Shown here piece after piece: positions 10,325 through 21,186 of a DNA stretch of 64,000 nucleotides. The position numbers and the translations under genes were made by a program. The stretch is taken from the NCBI GenBank assembly GCA_963662545.2, contig CAXXLL010000003.1, forward strand, positions 2,560,001 through 2,624,000, in the 5' to 3' direction. Numbering within the stretch: position 1 is the stretch's first letter; each line of letters opens with the position of its first letter. This DNA is from Gammaproteobacteria bacterium (GTDB taxonomy: Bacteria; Pseudomonadota; Gammaproteobacteria; Ga0077536). Below the pieces are notes generated by a model. That model worked only from the letters and a program-made list of their open reading frames with translations. It searched no databases and was not told the DNA's origin.

Positions 10325-10711
10325 TATTCTCCCCCCAAATCTCGGATCGGTATCTTCCCATGCGAAGCCCCGGGCGCAGAGGCCGGCGAACTCTGGATGC
10401 AAAACCCGCATCATCATACTTGATGGTTTCGACAAGTTGGCGCGATCGGTGTAAGTCCATCGAGTAATGACGCTTGGTAACTCTCGATTGCGCGCATCTC
10501 AGCTCTCTGAACTGAACGCCCAATAGGAATGTAACGATTGCCACCTCATCCATGAACCCGGTCTATCCCAGTCGCTCTTGGTGCTCACGCACGACGGCGA
10601 AAGTAGAGTTTCCTACGGCGCTGCGAAAGACGGAACTTTCCTCGGCGATACCAACGTAACGGACGTAGTAAAATTGGATAATACGAGCCCATCACCTATA
10701 GCTAATAATTC

Positions 10712-11425
10712 GTGGTAGACAAACCCGACAAGCTACCGATCAAATCGACCTCTGCGGAGGTCGATGCGTTTCTCGCCAAAGTCGCCGGCATGCCCGCCGT
10801 CAAATCCGCGGGCGAAAGAGGCCGGCTGATATTCGCTATGGACGCAACCGCGAGTCGCGAGCCGAGCTGGGATGTCGCTTGCAACATTCAGGCCGAGATG
10901 TTCAAGGACACTGCCACGCTCGGTGGTCTCGATATCCAGCTCTGCTATTACCGCGGGTTCAACGAGTTTTTTGCGAGCGGCTGGCTCAGCAGCTCGGCCC
11001 GGCTGCTCGAGCAGATGAGCGGTGTTCACTGTGCAGGGGGCATGACCCAGATCAAGCGCGTGTTCGCGCATGCGATCCGCGAATCACGTCGTGACGGAAT
11101 CAATGCGCTCGTGTTCGTTGGCGATTGCATGGAAGAGGACGTGGATCAAGTGTGCGAGCTCGGCGGACAGCTCGGCATTCTCGGCATTCCCGCGTTTCTG
11201 TTCCATGAAGGTTTCGACCCCGTGGCGAAGCGGACGTTTAGTGAACTCGCGCGTCTGACGAAGGGTGCGTATTGCCGCTTCGATGCGAGCAGCGCGAGTC
11301 AGCTGCGCGATCTGCTCGGCGCCGTAGCGGTCTATGCCGCGGGCGGGCGCAAGGCGCTGGAGCACCTCGGCGATCAGAAAGGCGGCCTCGTCAAGCAGCT
11401 CACCGACCAGATGACGAGGGAATAG
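10712..11425 (+). CDS. VWA domain-containing protein
   Basis: LIFAMDATASR (MIDAS DxTxS), GGMTQI and VFVGDCMEE. Confidence 0.85.
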   Translation: MVDKPDKLPIKSTSAEVDAFLAKVAGMPAVKSAGERGRLIFAMDATASREPSWDVACNIQAEMFKDTATLGGLDIQLCYYRGFNEFFASGWLSSSARLLEQMSGVHCAGGMTQIKRVFAHAIRESRRDGINALVFVGDCMEEDVDQVCELGGQLGILGIPAFLFHEGFDPVAKRTFSELARLTKGAYCRFDASSASQLRDLLGAVAVYAAGGRKALEHLGDQKGGLVKQLTDQMTRE

Positions 11426-11429
11426 CGAC

Positions 11430-12167
11430 TTGCACCCGTTCATCATCCTGGTAGCGCTGCTCACCGTCGTGCTCGCCATAAAGTGGGTAAGCAGACTACC
11501 GGCGTCACAGCGCACGCAGGCACGCAATCGCATGCTGCTCTACGGCGGGCTCGGCCTGTTGGCCGTACTGCTGCTCACCGGCAGATTGCATCCGCTGTTC
11601 GCAGGCCTGGCCGCCTTAATCCCTGTAGCGCGGCGCCTTATGTCGTTCGCCCAAATGGCCAACACCTTCAATTCTTTCCGTAAGCGGGCGACCGGTTCCC
11701 AGGGACCGGCACCAGGCCAGACCTCGGACGTCGAGACGCGGTTTCTGCGTATGTCGCTGGACCATGATAGCGGCGACCTCGACGGCATCGTGCTCGAGGG
11801 CCCGCACCAGGGTCGGCGACTCAGTGAACTCAAACTCGAAAACTTGCTGGATCTGCTAGCAAGCTGCCGCAGCGAGGATCCGAAATCCGCGGCGGTACTC
11901 GAAGCGTATCTCGAGCACGCGCATGGAGATAGCTGGCGCGCCAGCGACGATTCGAGCGATAACGGACGAACCACCGGCGGCGGGGGCGTCCAGGGGATGG
12001 ATCTCGCCGAGGCGCGGCAGATCCTGGATGTGAAAGCAGACGCGACACGAGAGGACATCATCGAGGCCCATCGAAGCTTGATGCAAAAAATGCACCCCGA
12101 CCGCGGCGGATCAACCTTTCTTGCCGCAAAGATCAACCAGGCAAAAACGACTCTGTTGGACTCGTAG
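11430..12167 (+). CDS. Membrane-anchored DnaJ (J-domain) protein
   Basis: N-terminal hydrophobic helices and a C-terminal EARQIL...MQKMHPDRGGSTFLAAKINQAK with the HPD motif. Confidence 0.88.
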   Translation: MHPFIILVALLTVVLAIKWVSRLPASQRTQARNRMLLYGGLGLLAVLLLTGRLHPLFAGLAALIPVARRLMSFAQMANTFNSFRKRATGSQGPAPGQTSDVETRFLRMSLDHDSGDLDGIVLEGPHQGRRLSELKLENLLDLLASCRSEDPKSAAVLEAYLEHAHGDSWRASDDSSDNGRTTGGGGVQGMDLAEARQILDVKADATREDIIEAHRSLMQKMHPDRGGSTFLAAKINQAKTTLLDS

Positions 12168-12290
12168 TCCAGGGCCTCACCACGAAACGCGCCGGCATTG
12201 CGTGGTTACGGTCACACCACCGCGACGGTTGTTAAGCCTTTAGCAAACGAATATGGTCTTGATAGTTTTCAGAATGCATGGAGAGACCCC

Positions 12291-13655
12291 ATGATCGGCG
12301 CGGCAAAAATCAAGGCGTTTTCCGAACGGCTGGAGGGCCGCTTGGTGCATCCCGACGATGGTGAATACGACACGGCCCGAACGATCTGGAACGCCATGAT
12401 CGACAAACGCCCCGCACTGATCGCGCGGTGCAAGTCGCAATGGGACGTCGTCGCCTCGGTCGAATTCGCCCGCGAGCACGACTTGCTCGTCTCGATCCGC
12501 GGCGGCGGTCACAACGTTGCCGGCAACGCGCTCTGCGACGATGGCCTCATGATCGATTTATCACTGATGAAGGGCATCGAAATCGATGCAGACGCGCGTA
12601 CGATCATTGCGCAGCCCGGCTGCACGCTGGGTGACCTAGACCGCGCGTCGGATCGCCATGGCTTGGCGGTACCCACCGGCATTGTTTCGGAAACCGGCAT
12701 CGCCGGGCTTACGCTCGGCGGGGGCGTCGGATGGCTGGTACGGAAATATGGCCTCACCTGTGACAATCTGATCTCGGCCGACGTCGTTACTGCCGCTGGC
12801 GATGCGGTCAAGGCCAGCCTAGAAGAAAATGAAGACCTTTTCTGGGGGCTTAGAGGCGGCGGCGGCAACTTTGGCGTCGTCACCTCGTTTCAATTCCGTG
12901 CACACCCGGTCAGCCGGGTGCTCGGTGGCATGGTCGTGCATCCGCGTGCTGCCGCCGGCGACGTCTTTCGTTTCTATCGCGATTTCACGAAACAAGTGCC
13001 TGACGAACTGACCGCCTACTGCGCCATGCTGACGACGCCCGATGGGACAGCCGCGGTGGCGGTCATCGCCTGTTATTGCGGGGACGCGCACGCCGGCGAG
13101 AAAGTGCTCCGACCGTTGCGGGAATTCGGATCGCCGATCGACGATACGATCAAGCACATGCCCCGTCTCGAGATGCAAACCATGTTCGATCCGGGCTTTC
13201 CCTATGGCAATCACAACTACTGGAAGTCGTCGTTCATCGACGAATTGACGGACGATGCGATCGATGCACTCGTAGAGCATGCGAACCGCATGGCGTCACC
13301 CTTGTCCGCGGTGATGTGCGAGTACTATTTCGGCGGCCCCGCGACCCAGGTCGGCGAGACCGAAACGGCGTTTGCACACCGCAACGCGCAGTACGATATC
13401 GGCATCATTGCTCAATGGACCAATCCCGACGAAAACGAGCGGCACATGAACTGGGCGCGGGACGCCTATGCTGCGATCGAGCCGTATGCAAACGGCCGCA
13501 TTTACGCCAATCTAATGGGTGGGGACCAGATGACTGAAATAAGCCAGTTGCGCGCGGCTTTCGGTGTCAACTACGAGCGGCTGGTAGCGCTGAAGCAGAA
13601 ATTCGATCCGAGTAACTTCTTTCGGTTGAATCAAAACATTCGGCCCGAGGGGTGA
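12291..13655 (+). CDS. FAD-binding oxidoreductase (BBE / 6-hydroxy-D-nicotine oxidase-like)
   Basis: RGGGHN covalent-FAD motif, GLTLGGG, GLTCDN, LRGGGGNFGVVT and C-terminal LKQKFDP.NFF; GGAG RBS before ATG 12291. Confidence 0.9.
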   Translation: MIGAAKIKAFSERLEGRLVHPDDGEYDTARTIWNAMIDKRPALIARCKSQWDVVASVEFAREHDLLVSIRGGGHNVAGNALCDDGLMIDLSLMKGIEIDADARTIIAQPGCTLGDLDRASDRHGLAVPTGIVSETGIAGLTLGGGVGWLVRKYGLTCDNLISADVVTAAGDAVKASLEENEDLFWGLRGGGGNFGVVTSFQFRAHPVSRVLGGMVVHPRAAAGDVFRFYRDFTKQVPDELTAYCAMLTTPDGTAAVAVIACYCGDAHAGEKVLRPLREFGSPIDDTIKHMPRLEMQTMFDPGFPYGNHNYWKSSFIDELTDDAIDALVEHANRMASPLSAVMCEYYFGGPATQVGETETAFAHRNAQYDIGIIAQWTNPDENERHMNWARDAYAAIEPYANGRIYANLMGGDQMTEISQLRAAFGVNYERLVALKQKFDPSNFFRLNQNIRPEG

Positions 13656-13692
13656 GTGCCAACCCTCGCTTCGTGCGAGCCCCGACAGCTTG

Positions 13693-14130
13693 CTAAGCTG
13701 ATCTTTCGAGGTTCTCCAGCCGTTCGCCACCGGTTTCGCCGCCGAACTTTGGCAAGTCGTCGTTCACCTGCGTCCATTCGGCACGGGAATCGTAGAAATA
13801 GTGGGCCTCCGGTTCGCGATCGATCCTGCCGTGCAGACTGGCGAGAGCAATGTCGATGTATTTCTCGTTGGTCTTGCAGAACATCTGGCTTCCGCAATGA
13901 CGGCAGAAGCTTCGCGACCCGTGCTCCGAACTCTTGTAATTAACGACATCGGGCTCGCCGCGCGTCACTCGAAGCCGTTCCGGCGGAACGGCCGTCCAGG
14001 TGACGAAGCTGGCACCGTGCGGTCGCCTGCACATCGAGCAATGGCAATGGGCGCAGAAAAGGGTCGGCAGTTCAATTTCGAATTCAACCGCACCGCAGAA
14101 ACAACTTCCCTTGACGATAGATGGTTCCAT
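13693..14130 (-). CDS. GFA (glutathione-dependent formaldehyde-activating) family protein
   Basis: GSCFCG, CHCSMCRR and FCRHCGS zinc motifs. Confidence 0.9.
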   Translation of the reverse strand: MEPSIVKGSCFCGAVEFEIELPTLFCAHCHCSMCRRPHGASFVTWTAVPPERLRVTRGEPDVVNYKSSEHGSRSFCRHCGSQMFCKTNEKYIDIALASLHGRIDREPEAHYFYDSRAEWTQVNDDLPKFGGETGGERLENLERSA

Positions 14131-14275
14131 TGCAGTTTCCCCATAAACCGGTAACGCAGTGACAGCAGCGTCGTGGCGCGGTTATTGTTGTTATCAGGCG
14201 TAATCCACGAACACGGATTATCAACTGATGGTGTCGGTCTAACAAGCTGGCAAAGACTATGTTTTCGCCATCCTG

Positions 14276-15604
14276 CTAGCGCCCGCCCGTCAGATTGGAG
14301 ACGCTGAACATGCGCCGAATCCGGGTCGCTTCGAACTTCGGGAATGTCACGGGTTCGATCGCGCGGGTGACGGTTGCGTCGTTTTCCTTGTAATTGACCG
14401 CAACCGATGCAGACCAGTGACTGAGCGTGTGCTCAGGCAAGGATTGATCGGCCTCATCGCCCGGTCTGCGATACATCGTGATGATGGATTTCCACAAAAC
14501 CTCGCCGTGATCGAAGATCAAGGCCAAAACGACGTTATAGGTCTCCTCATCCACGAACATGATCTTGCTGGAGATCGGATGTCCCGTCCATTTCGGGCGG
14601 TACTCGACCACGAAGCACTGCCTGATTTGCCATCGATCCTCCGGCAGTCGGCTGTACGGCCCGTGGAATCTGGCAGGGGCTTCGCGCGAATTCGATACGT
14701 TCAAAACGGCCTTCCTGCCGAGATAGGTCCAGTCGAAATCGAGGACTTGCCCTGAAAAGCCCTCGAAATCGTCGAGCGAGTAATTCGACCCCAAGAAGCT
14801 GTCTGCCCGCTCCCGGGCCGAAAGCCTGCGCACGCGCCGCTCCTTCGGGAGATACGAGTTCACCTGGTCGCCCTCGTGCGGGTCGTTGGAGCGCTCGATG
14901 ATGAACTTCGTGCCCTTGAGATCGAAAGGTTCCCAGTACTCCATGTAATCCTTCCAATAGAGTCGATCACTGTCGTCGGTGTCCACACGGAAATCGTTTC
15001 CGGCCCGACTGGCCAGATGACTCAGATACACCCGGTAGTAACTCTGCGAAATATAGCGGTCGATATGACCACCACCGCTGAACCCCTTTAGCAGGGTACC
15101 CGACGCGCCGGCGCTGAGCGGCCGCACGTAATTCATGACGAGTTCGTCGGTCGCGTAGCCGTTGTATTGCCAGCGGTAAATGTTATTCCAGGCGATCATC
15201 AGGCCCGCCTCATCGAGGGTCGCCGCGAGAATTTGTTCGTGGTTGAACGGGAGCCCGGCCGCATAGTTTTCCAGGCTGCCGTCGGCTGCCAGCGTCGCTT
15301 GTCCGGCGTACTGCATAGTCACACGTTGGTAAATGTCGTGCGGCGCGTAGGTCTGCGTGCCAACCACCTCCATATGCAGTTCGGTAAACGCAAATTCTTC
15401 GATAAGGCCGGGAGGTAGGTAAGGACTCAGTTTTTCGACGTCCTCGGAGCTGATCGCGCCCATCGCCGCGTCCCGCGTCGTCGCCGTTGCGAATTTTTCC
15501 AGCCAATCCAGGATCTCCTGCCGCAACGGAGATGCGGCGGTAGCCGGCGCAGCGGACGCACCCATCCCCATGAGCAGCAACAATATTATGGTTTTGATGT
15601 TCAT
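14276..15604 (-). CDS. DUF1329 family exported protein
   Basis: Signal peptide; AGLPF, P.DLKGT, Y.P..RRVRRL...R.D.FLG....DD..GFSG and DW.YLG motifs. Confidence 0.8.
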   Translation of the reverse strand: MNIKTIILLLLMGMGASAAPATAASPLRQEILDWLEKFATATTRDAAMGAISSEDVEKLSPYLPPGLIEEFAFTELHMEVVGTQTYAPHDIYQRVTMQYAGQATLAADGSLENYAAGLPFNHEQILAATLDEAGLMIAWNNIYRWQYNGYATDELVMNYVRPLSAGASGTLLKGFSGGGHIDRYISQSYYRVYLSHLASRAGNDFRVDTDDSDRLYWKDYMEYWEPFDLKGTKFIIERSNDPHEGDQVNSYLPKERRVRRLSARERADSFLGSNYSLDDFEGFSGQVLDFDWTYLGRKAVLNVSNSREAPARFHGPYSRLPEDRWQIRQCFVVEYRPKWTGHPISSKIMFVDEETYNVVLALIFDHGEVLWKSIITMYRRPGDEADQSLPEHTLSHWSASVAVNYKENDATVTRAIEPVTFPKFEATRIRRMFSVSNLTGGR

Positions 15605-15731
15605 TCCCCTCCAACGGTAATTTATTTCGGCCGCCGGATTGTATCGCTAAGCGAAGACCTTCGTTCGCGAACCATGGCTGCATGCGCCCCGCTCAACGAT
15701 GTGCTCAAGCAAAAAATCGCGCTTATGCACT

Positions 15732-16502
15732 TCATCGGACCCCCAGAATCCAGCCTTCCAGTTTCGCGCGGCGGCGCTCCGGCAGTGTCAGCGGCGGATT
15801 GAAGTATTCGGCTAGAGCGCCGCGCGCGTCCATGTCCTGCAACCAGGTGGCAACCGCATAGGCATCCTGCTGGTCAGGCGAGCGTCTGGCGCGTGGATAA
15901 CGGCGGCGGAACAATGACGGATAGATCTCGGCAATGACGGCACGACCTCTTTCGATCCCAAAGCTGTCGAATGGCCAGAAACACGTTTTGGATTTGACTA
16001 CCGGGTCATCTCGCAGCCATTTCAACCAGGGAATGCCCGAATGGGTCGACTTGGCGACCGAGCCCTGCATGTCGAATTGAAACACGCTCTTGGCTGCAGC
16101 CGTCCAGATCTCGCAAAGGCGCATTTCGTCACTCGTGCCGCCCGGTGGGCTCTGTTCACGCACGAAATCCACGTACATGTGATCTCGATCGGTCGGCCAA
16201 ACTTCGCAGAAGTGTTCGAGGAAAGCATTCCAACTGTCGAGTTGGTGGCGCTCGAAGTAAGTGGTGGGAAAGGAAAAGCCGTGATCGATGCCGATGATAC
16301 AGGGTTCGTCTCGAATCAGTTGTTCACGGACGTAGTGCGCGACTTCCTTACGACACCAGTTGCGCGCGCCTTTATCGAATGGCGGGACAGCGCAAGCAAG
16401 GCCATCGCCCTCGCTCAGATACACCTGTAGCGCGCGCAGTCTCGACACTGGCGCCCGGGCCCCCGAGTAATCGATACCGATATATCGCGAGAACATCGTC
16501 AC
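15732..16502 (-). CDS. DUF429-like RNase H-fold protein
   Basis: YIGIDYSGA, IIGIDHGFSFP, FWPFD, AEIYPS and DQQDA acidic motifs. Confidence 0.6.
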   Translation of the reverse strand: MTMFSRYIGIDYSGARAPVSRLRALQVYLSEGDGLACAVPPFDKGARNWCRKEVAHYVREQLIRDEPCIIGIDHGFSFPTTYFERHQLDSWNAFLEHFCEVWPTDRDHMYVDFVREQSPPGGTSDEMRLCEIWTAAAKSVFQFDMQGSVAKSTHSGIPWLKWLRDDPVVKSKTCFWPFDSFGIERGRAVIAEIYPSLFRRRYPRARRSPDQQDAYAVATWLQDMDARGALAEYFNPPLTLPERRRAKLEGWILGVR

Positions 16503-16533
16503 CGTAAATCACCGCCTTCGTGCAATATGCGGG

Positions 16534-17058
16534 CTAGTTCGACCCGCGGGCGTGCAAGGCCTCGCGAAGACCATGCACTTCTTCGTCATAGACGTCCATG
16601 TCGTCAAGCGTATCAGCTAGCCGCGTGAGGTATTCCACGTTGGGACCGCTGGGGCCAACGGCGTTCGCAATCTGAGCGATCATTTCCTGCATGGGTGCGG
16701 GTCCGATGAAACTTGGATTCTCCGGGCCAGCTACGTAGGTCAGACCGCGCCGCACACTGCCGTCGTCGAACTCCAGATCGACTTTGATCGGCTCGTAACC
16801 GTTCTTCTCGCGGAGATCGAGTTCTGACATGACCTGGCGCCGATCGCCTTCCTTGAGAAGAAACGCCGTGCCCCAGCAGACGGTGCCGACCTCTTCCACC
16901 AGCGTCACGACCCGACCCGGTGCCTCCGGGACACCGCGGTGGTCGGGGGACGCCTGCCAGAAACGGCGGCGCCAGCCCCGAACGACTGCCCTGCGCCGGT
17001 CTTCATAAGGAAACGCCGGGCGCCATAGGAGCGACCCATACCCGAAAATCCACGTCAT
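16534..17058 (-). CDS. chaC: ChaC-family gamma-glutamylcyclotransferase
   Basis: WIFGYGSLLW, DHRG.PE.PGRVVTL, LDLREK.GY and GPSGPNVEY. Confidence 0.9.
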   Translation of the reverse strand: MTWIFGYGSLLWRPAFPYEDRRRAVVRGWRRRFWQASPDHRGVPEAPGRVVTLVEEVGTVCWGTAFLLKEGDRRQVMSELDLREKNGYEPIKVDLEFDDGSVRRGLTYVAGPENPSFIGPAPMQEMIAQIANAVGPSGPNVEYLTRLADTLDDMDVYDEEVHGLREALHARGSN

Positions 17059-17225
17059 CTTGCTTGAAAACTCCTCGCCCGACAGGTTCCAACGCGCGCT
17101 GCGAAGCGCCGCCCGAATTACGGGGAGATCTTCGGATTAAGGCGTGCGAAACTCAAGCATTGAAATCAGAAACCGACGACCGTGCCTTTATTCGATGAAG
17201 CGTGCGCAACGCGAAGAGAACGTCC

Positions 17226-17936
17226 ATGATCGTATTCGGTCATCGCGGCGCCGCGGGACACTTTCCAGAAAATACGCTCCGCTCGATCGAGATCGCTCTC
17301 GACCACGGCGTCGATGGCGTCGAAATCGACGTGCGTATGCTGGACGACGCGATCATCGTGCTGCACGATGAGACGGTCGATCGCACCACCTCGGGCAACG
17401 GCCATTACAAGTCGCTAAGCCTCGATGCGCTGCGCGGGCTCGATGCGGGCGGCGGCGAACGCATCCCCATGTTGAGCGAAGTCGTCGAATTGATCGACGG
17501 TCGGATTGACTTGAACGTGGAAGTCAAGGAACCGAGAATAGCGGTGCCGGTCATTGAAGATCTCTTGTCTCACACGATAGCCCGCAAGAGTTGGCGCTCC
17601 CGGCTCCTGCTGTCCTCCTTCGATGTCACGACGACCTACGAGCTCGCACGTCACCACGGCGACATGCGGCTCGGTGTTCTCTACGAAGACGGCTTCGAGA
17701 CAGCTCTCGCGAGGGCCAAAACACTCGACGCTTATTCGCTGCACATGTCTATTCGTTCGCTCGACCGCTCCAAGGTAGAGCGCGCGCACGAAGCCAACAT
17801 CGCCGTGCTCGTTTACACCGTCAACGAAGCTGACGACATTCTGCGCTGCGCCGAGGCGCGAGCAGACGGCGTTTTCTCCGACTACCCCGACCGCATAGTT
17901 GCGTTTAACCAGGGCGTCTCCAAGAATACGGATTAA
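17226..17936 (+). CDS. Glycerophosphodiester phosphodiesterase
   Basis: HRGA...PENTL, EIDV, HDETVDRTT, NVEVK, SSF, YTVN and FSDYP. Confidence 0.92.
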   Translation: MIVFGHRGAAGHFPENTLRSIEIALDHGVDGVEIDVRMLDDAIIVLHDETVDRTTSGNGHYKSLSLDALRGLDAGGGERIPMLSEVVELIDGRIDLNVEVKEPRIAVPVIEDLLSHTIARKSWRSRLLLSSFDVTTTYELARHHGDMRLGVLYEDGFETALARAKTLDAYSLHMSIRSLDRSKVERAHEANIAVLVYTVNEADDILRCAEARADGVFSDYPDRIVAFNQGVSKNTD

Positions 17937-17958
17937 GGAACCTCTGATTAAGTCATGG
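17937..17958. repeat. Lone copy of the MITE terminal repeat
   Basis: GGAACCTCTGATTAAGTCATGG matches the ends of the 19454-19615 element. Confidence 0.7.
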
Positions 17959-17974
17959 TACAGGTCGAATCGCG

Positions 17975-19468
17975 TTGACTCACATTCTCGCCCTCGATCA
18001 GGGCACGACCAGTTCCCGAGCCATCGTCTTTGAACTATCCGGCCGCATCGCCGGTATTGCGCACCAGGAGTTCGAGCAGAACTATCCACAAGCAGGCTGG
18101 GTCGAACACGATCCACGCGCGATCATCGAAACCCAGATGTCCGTCGCGCTAGCCGCGATCAATCAAGCGAGCGTGACAGCGCGCGACATCGCCGCAATCG
18201 GCATTACCAACCAGCGGGAAACGACCGTGCTGTGGGATCGACGCAGCGGCGACCCGGTGGCTAACGCCATCGTATGGCAGGATCGACGAACCGCCGATCT
18301 GTGCGCATCATTGCGTGATTCCGGTGCCGAAGATCTGGTGCGCGCCAAGACCGGGCTCGTCATCGATCCCTATTTCTCCGCGTCCAAAATTCGCTGGATG
18401 CTCGACCACATCGACGGGGTGCGCGACCGTGCCGAGCGCGGTGAGCTTGCGTTCGGCACCATCGACAGCTGGCTCATCTGGCATCTGAGCGAGGGCCGGC
18501 GGCACGTGACGGATGCCACCAACGCTTCGCGTACGATGCTTTACGACATCCGCAGCGGCGAGTGGGACGAGGAACTGCTCGCGCTGTGGAAAATCCCGCG
18601 CTCGCTGCTGCCGGAAGTGTGCGACACGAGCGGCGTCAGCGCGATGACGACCCGCTTCGGGGGCGAGCTGCCCGTCGCCGGCATTGCCGGCGATCAGCAA
18701 GCCGCGCTTTTCGGCCAGGCATGCTTCGAGCCCGGGATGGCCAAGTGTACCTACGGTACGGGATGCTTCATTCTGATGGCGACGGGCGGCGTCGCGCCCG
18801 TGTCGGAACGCGGCCTGTTGACCACGATCGCCGGGCGCAGCAACGGCGTAACCGAATATGCCCTCGAGGGCAGCGTTTTCATGGGCGGCGCAACGGTCCA
18901 GTGGCTGCGCGATGGGCTCGGCCTCATCGAGGAGGCCGCCGACATCGAAGCGCTTGCCCGCGAAGTCGATGACAGTGACGGCGTCGTGCTCGTACCGGCG
19001 TTTACTGGCCTCGGCGCACCCCAATGGGACCCGCACGCACGCGCCTTGCTGATCGGAATGACACGCGGAACGACCAGGGCGCACATCGCCCGCGCCGCAC
19101 TCGAAGGTATCGCGTGGCAGGTGGTTGACGTGGCGGATGCGATGGCCGCGGATGCTGGCGTGGATCTCCGGGAACTCCGAGTCGACGGCGGTGCCAGCGC
19201 AAACGGTCTGTTGATGCAAAACCAGTCCGACTTTCTCGGCATTGCGATTGTACGTCCGCGCGGCGTCGAATGTACGGCTCACGGCGCGGCCTTACTGGCG
19301 GGTCTCGGTGTGGGCTTGTTCAAGAACCGCCAGGACATCGCCGATAACTGGCAGGCCGAAGTCCGCTTCGAACCAAGGCTTTCAGTCGATGAGCGGAACG
19401 CACGGCACAATCAGTGGACACGAGCCGTGGAAAAATCCGCCAACTGGACCTCAGGAATCTCTAAATAA
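17975..19468 (+). CDS. glpK: Glycerol kinase
   Basis: [62 protein letters not shown] and YALEGS. Confidence 0.96.
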   Translation: MTHILALDQGTTSSRAIVFELSGRIAGIAHQEFEQNYPQAGWVEHDPRAIIETQMSVALAAINQASVTARDIAAIGITNQRETTVLWDRRSGDPVANAIVWQDRRTADLCASLRDSGAEDLVRAKTGLVIDPYFSASKIRWMLDHIDGVRDRAERGELAFGTIDSWLIWHLSEGRRHVTDATNASRTMLYDIRSGEWDEELLALWKIPRSLLPEVCDTSGVSAMTTRFGGELPVAGIAGDQQAALFGQACFEPGMAKCTYGTGCFILMATGGVAPVSERGLLTTIAGRSNGVTEYALEGSVFMGGATVQWLRDGLGLIEEAADIEALAREVDDSDGVVLVPAFTGLGAPQWDPHARALLIGMTRGTTRAHIARAALEGIAWQVVDVADAMAADAGVDLRELRVDGGASANGLLMQNQSDFLGIAIVRPRGVECTAHGAALLAGLGVGLFKNRQDIADNWQAEVRFEPRLSVDERNARHNQWTRAVEKSANWTSGISK

Positions 19469-19615
19469 GTCATGGTGTGTCTGAATTGTTCATGAAATTG
19501 TGCAGATCAAGGCACGAATCGCAGGCCATAGCGGGGACTAGGGCTAAGGTTCGTCACGTAAGGCTCCGCGATTTCATGGGCAAGGCAGATGGGCCATGAC
19601 TTTTTCAGAGGTTCC
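19454..19615. mobile_element. MITE-like long palindromic element (~162 bp)
   Basis: Imperfect 22-bp TIRs GGAATCTCTAAATAAGTCATGG / CCATGACTTTTTCAGAGGTTCC (19/22 match), extended by internal inverted arms CATGAAAT...ATTTCATG; no coding capacity. Confidence 0.72.
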
Positions 19616-19625
19616 CTGACACTTC

Positions 19626-21186
19626 ATGAATCGTTCCGCGTTCATCGAACGCATCTTCTCGTCGCCCGAAGGATTCGACCTCGCGGTCATCGGCGGTGGC
19701 GCGAACGGAGCGGGCATCGCGCTGGACGCGGCGAGTCGCGGACTGTCTGTCGTGCTCCTGGAGCGCGGTGACTTCGGCTGCGGGACATCTTCGCGCAGCA
19801 GCAAGCCTGGCGCTGGGACAGCTCGGGCTCGTGCGCGAAGCGCTCGCCGAACGCATGCTGCTGCTTGCGAACGCCAGCGCCATCGTCAAACCCCAGCCGT
19901 TTTTGATCCCCGCATACGGCCGTCTGGAACTGTTCAAATTCACCGCCGGGCTGAAATTCTACGACTGGCTCGCGGGCACAGCCAAAGTCGGAACGAGCCG
20001 ATCGCTCGATGGTGCCCAAGCAAGCTCTCTTGCTCCAGGGCTTGTTACTGACAGCATGGTCGGCGCCGCCTGTTATTACGACGCCCAGTTCGATGATGCA
20101 CGCTTGTTGATCTCGATCTTGAAACGCGCGGCAAAGCTCGGCGCGATCGTGGTCAATTACCTCGAAGTTACTGAATTCAGGAAAGATCAAAAAGGCAAGG
20201 TTCGCGGTGTAGTAGCTGTCGACGAAATGTCGGGAAATACCGTCGAAGTCGCGGCGCGCTGCGTAATCAATGCCACCGGTGCCCAAGGAGATGACATCCG
20301 GCGGCTCGACGATCATCGCAGCCCGACGCGGGTGATGCCGAGCCAGGGTGCGCATATCGTAGTCCACCGGCGTTTTCTCGGTGGCGATCACGCGGTCGTA
20401 CTGCCGCACACCCCGGACGGGCGCATTATGTTCGCGATCCCGTGGGCTGAGCACCTCTTGCTCGGCACCACCGACACGCCCTTGACCGAGGTGTCGAGAT
20501 CACCCGTTCCGTTCGAATCGGAGATCGCCATGATCCTCGAGGTGGCGGGACGGTTTTTGGATCCGGCGCCTTCATCTACCGATATCCTGAGCACTTTTGC
20601 CGGTGTCCGACCGCTGGTAGCGACGCCGGGCGCCGGCAGCACGGCCCGGCTTTCGCGCGAACACGCCATCGACGTCAGCACCTCCGGATTGGTTTCGGTC
20701 AGCGGCGGTAAATGGACTACTTACCGCCTGGTAGCCGAACAGTGCGTCGACGAGGCAGTTCGAAGCGCGCGCTTAGCAGCCGGCCCCTCCGGTTCACATG
20801 CGCTCGACATAGCACGGGCCGACGATGAGGCCGCAGCCAGGTTTTCCGCCTACGGCGCCGAACAAAGGGATCTCGAAAAATTGATAGCAGGGCGTCCCGA
20901 ACTCGACGAGCCGCTGCATCCGGATCTCCCGTACTGCGGCGCGCACTTCGTGTGGGCGGCGCAGGCCGAGATGGCGCTTACGGTATACGACGCCCTCGCT
21001 TATCGCACACGTGCGATGTTCATCAATGCGCGCGCGGCCTCGGCAATGGCGCCGCGGGTTGCCGAACTCATGGCCACCGAGCTTGGTCGCGATAGGTCGT
21101 GGGTCGAGTCACAAACAAATGCCGTGCGTACGCAAGCTATTCCGTTCACGTCTACTCCCACTCGAGCTCACGAAACGCACGGCTGA
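19626..21186 (+). pseudogene. glpD: FAD-dependent glycerol-3-phosphate dehydrogenase, frameshifted at ~19806
   Basis: Frame 1 has [23 protein letters not shown]...GTSSRSSK. Frame 2 continues [16 protein letters not shown]...DAQFDDARL...GTTD...AGVRPL...GGKWTTYR. The conserved LxHGGxRY segment is missing at the junction. Confidence 0.88.

Noticed and set aside
10325-10711. Riboswitch or pxpA remnant upstream of the biotin cluster
   Set aside because: No recognisable aptamer or LamB/YcsF-like translation found by eye.
14233-14257. Another GTC-N19-GAC 25-mer
   Set aside because: Only the terminal triplets match and no partner site is seen; compatible with chance.
19790-19820. Programmed ribosomal frameshift in glpD (also considered for the GAF kinase)
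   Set aside because: Conserved residues are physically missing and there is no slippery sequence, so a frameshift would not restore the protein.
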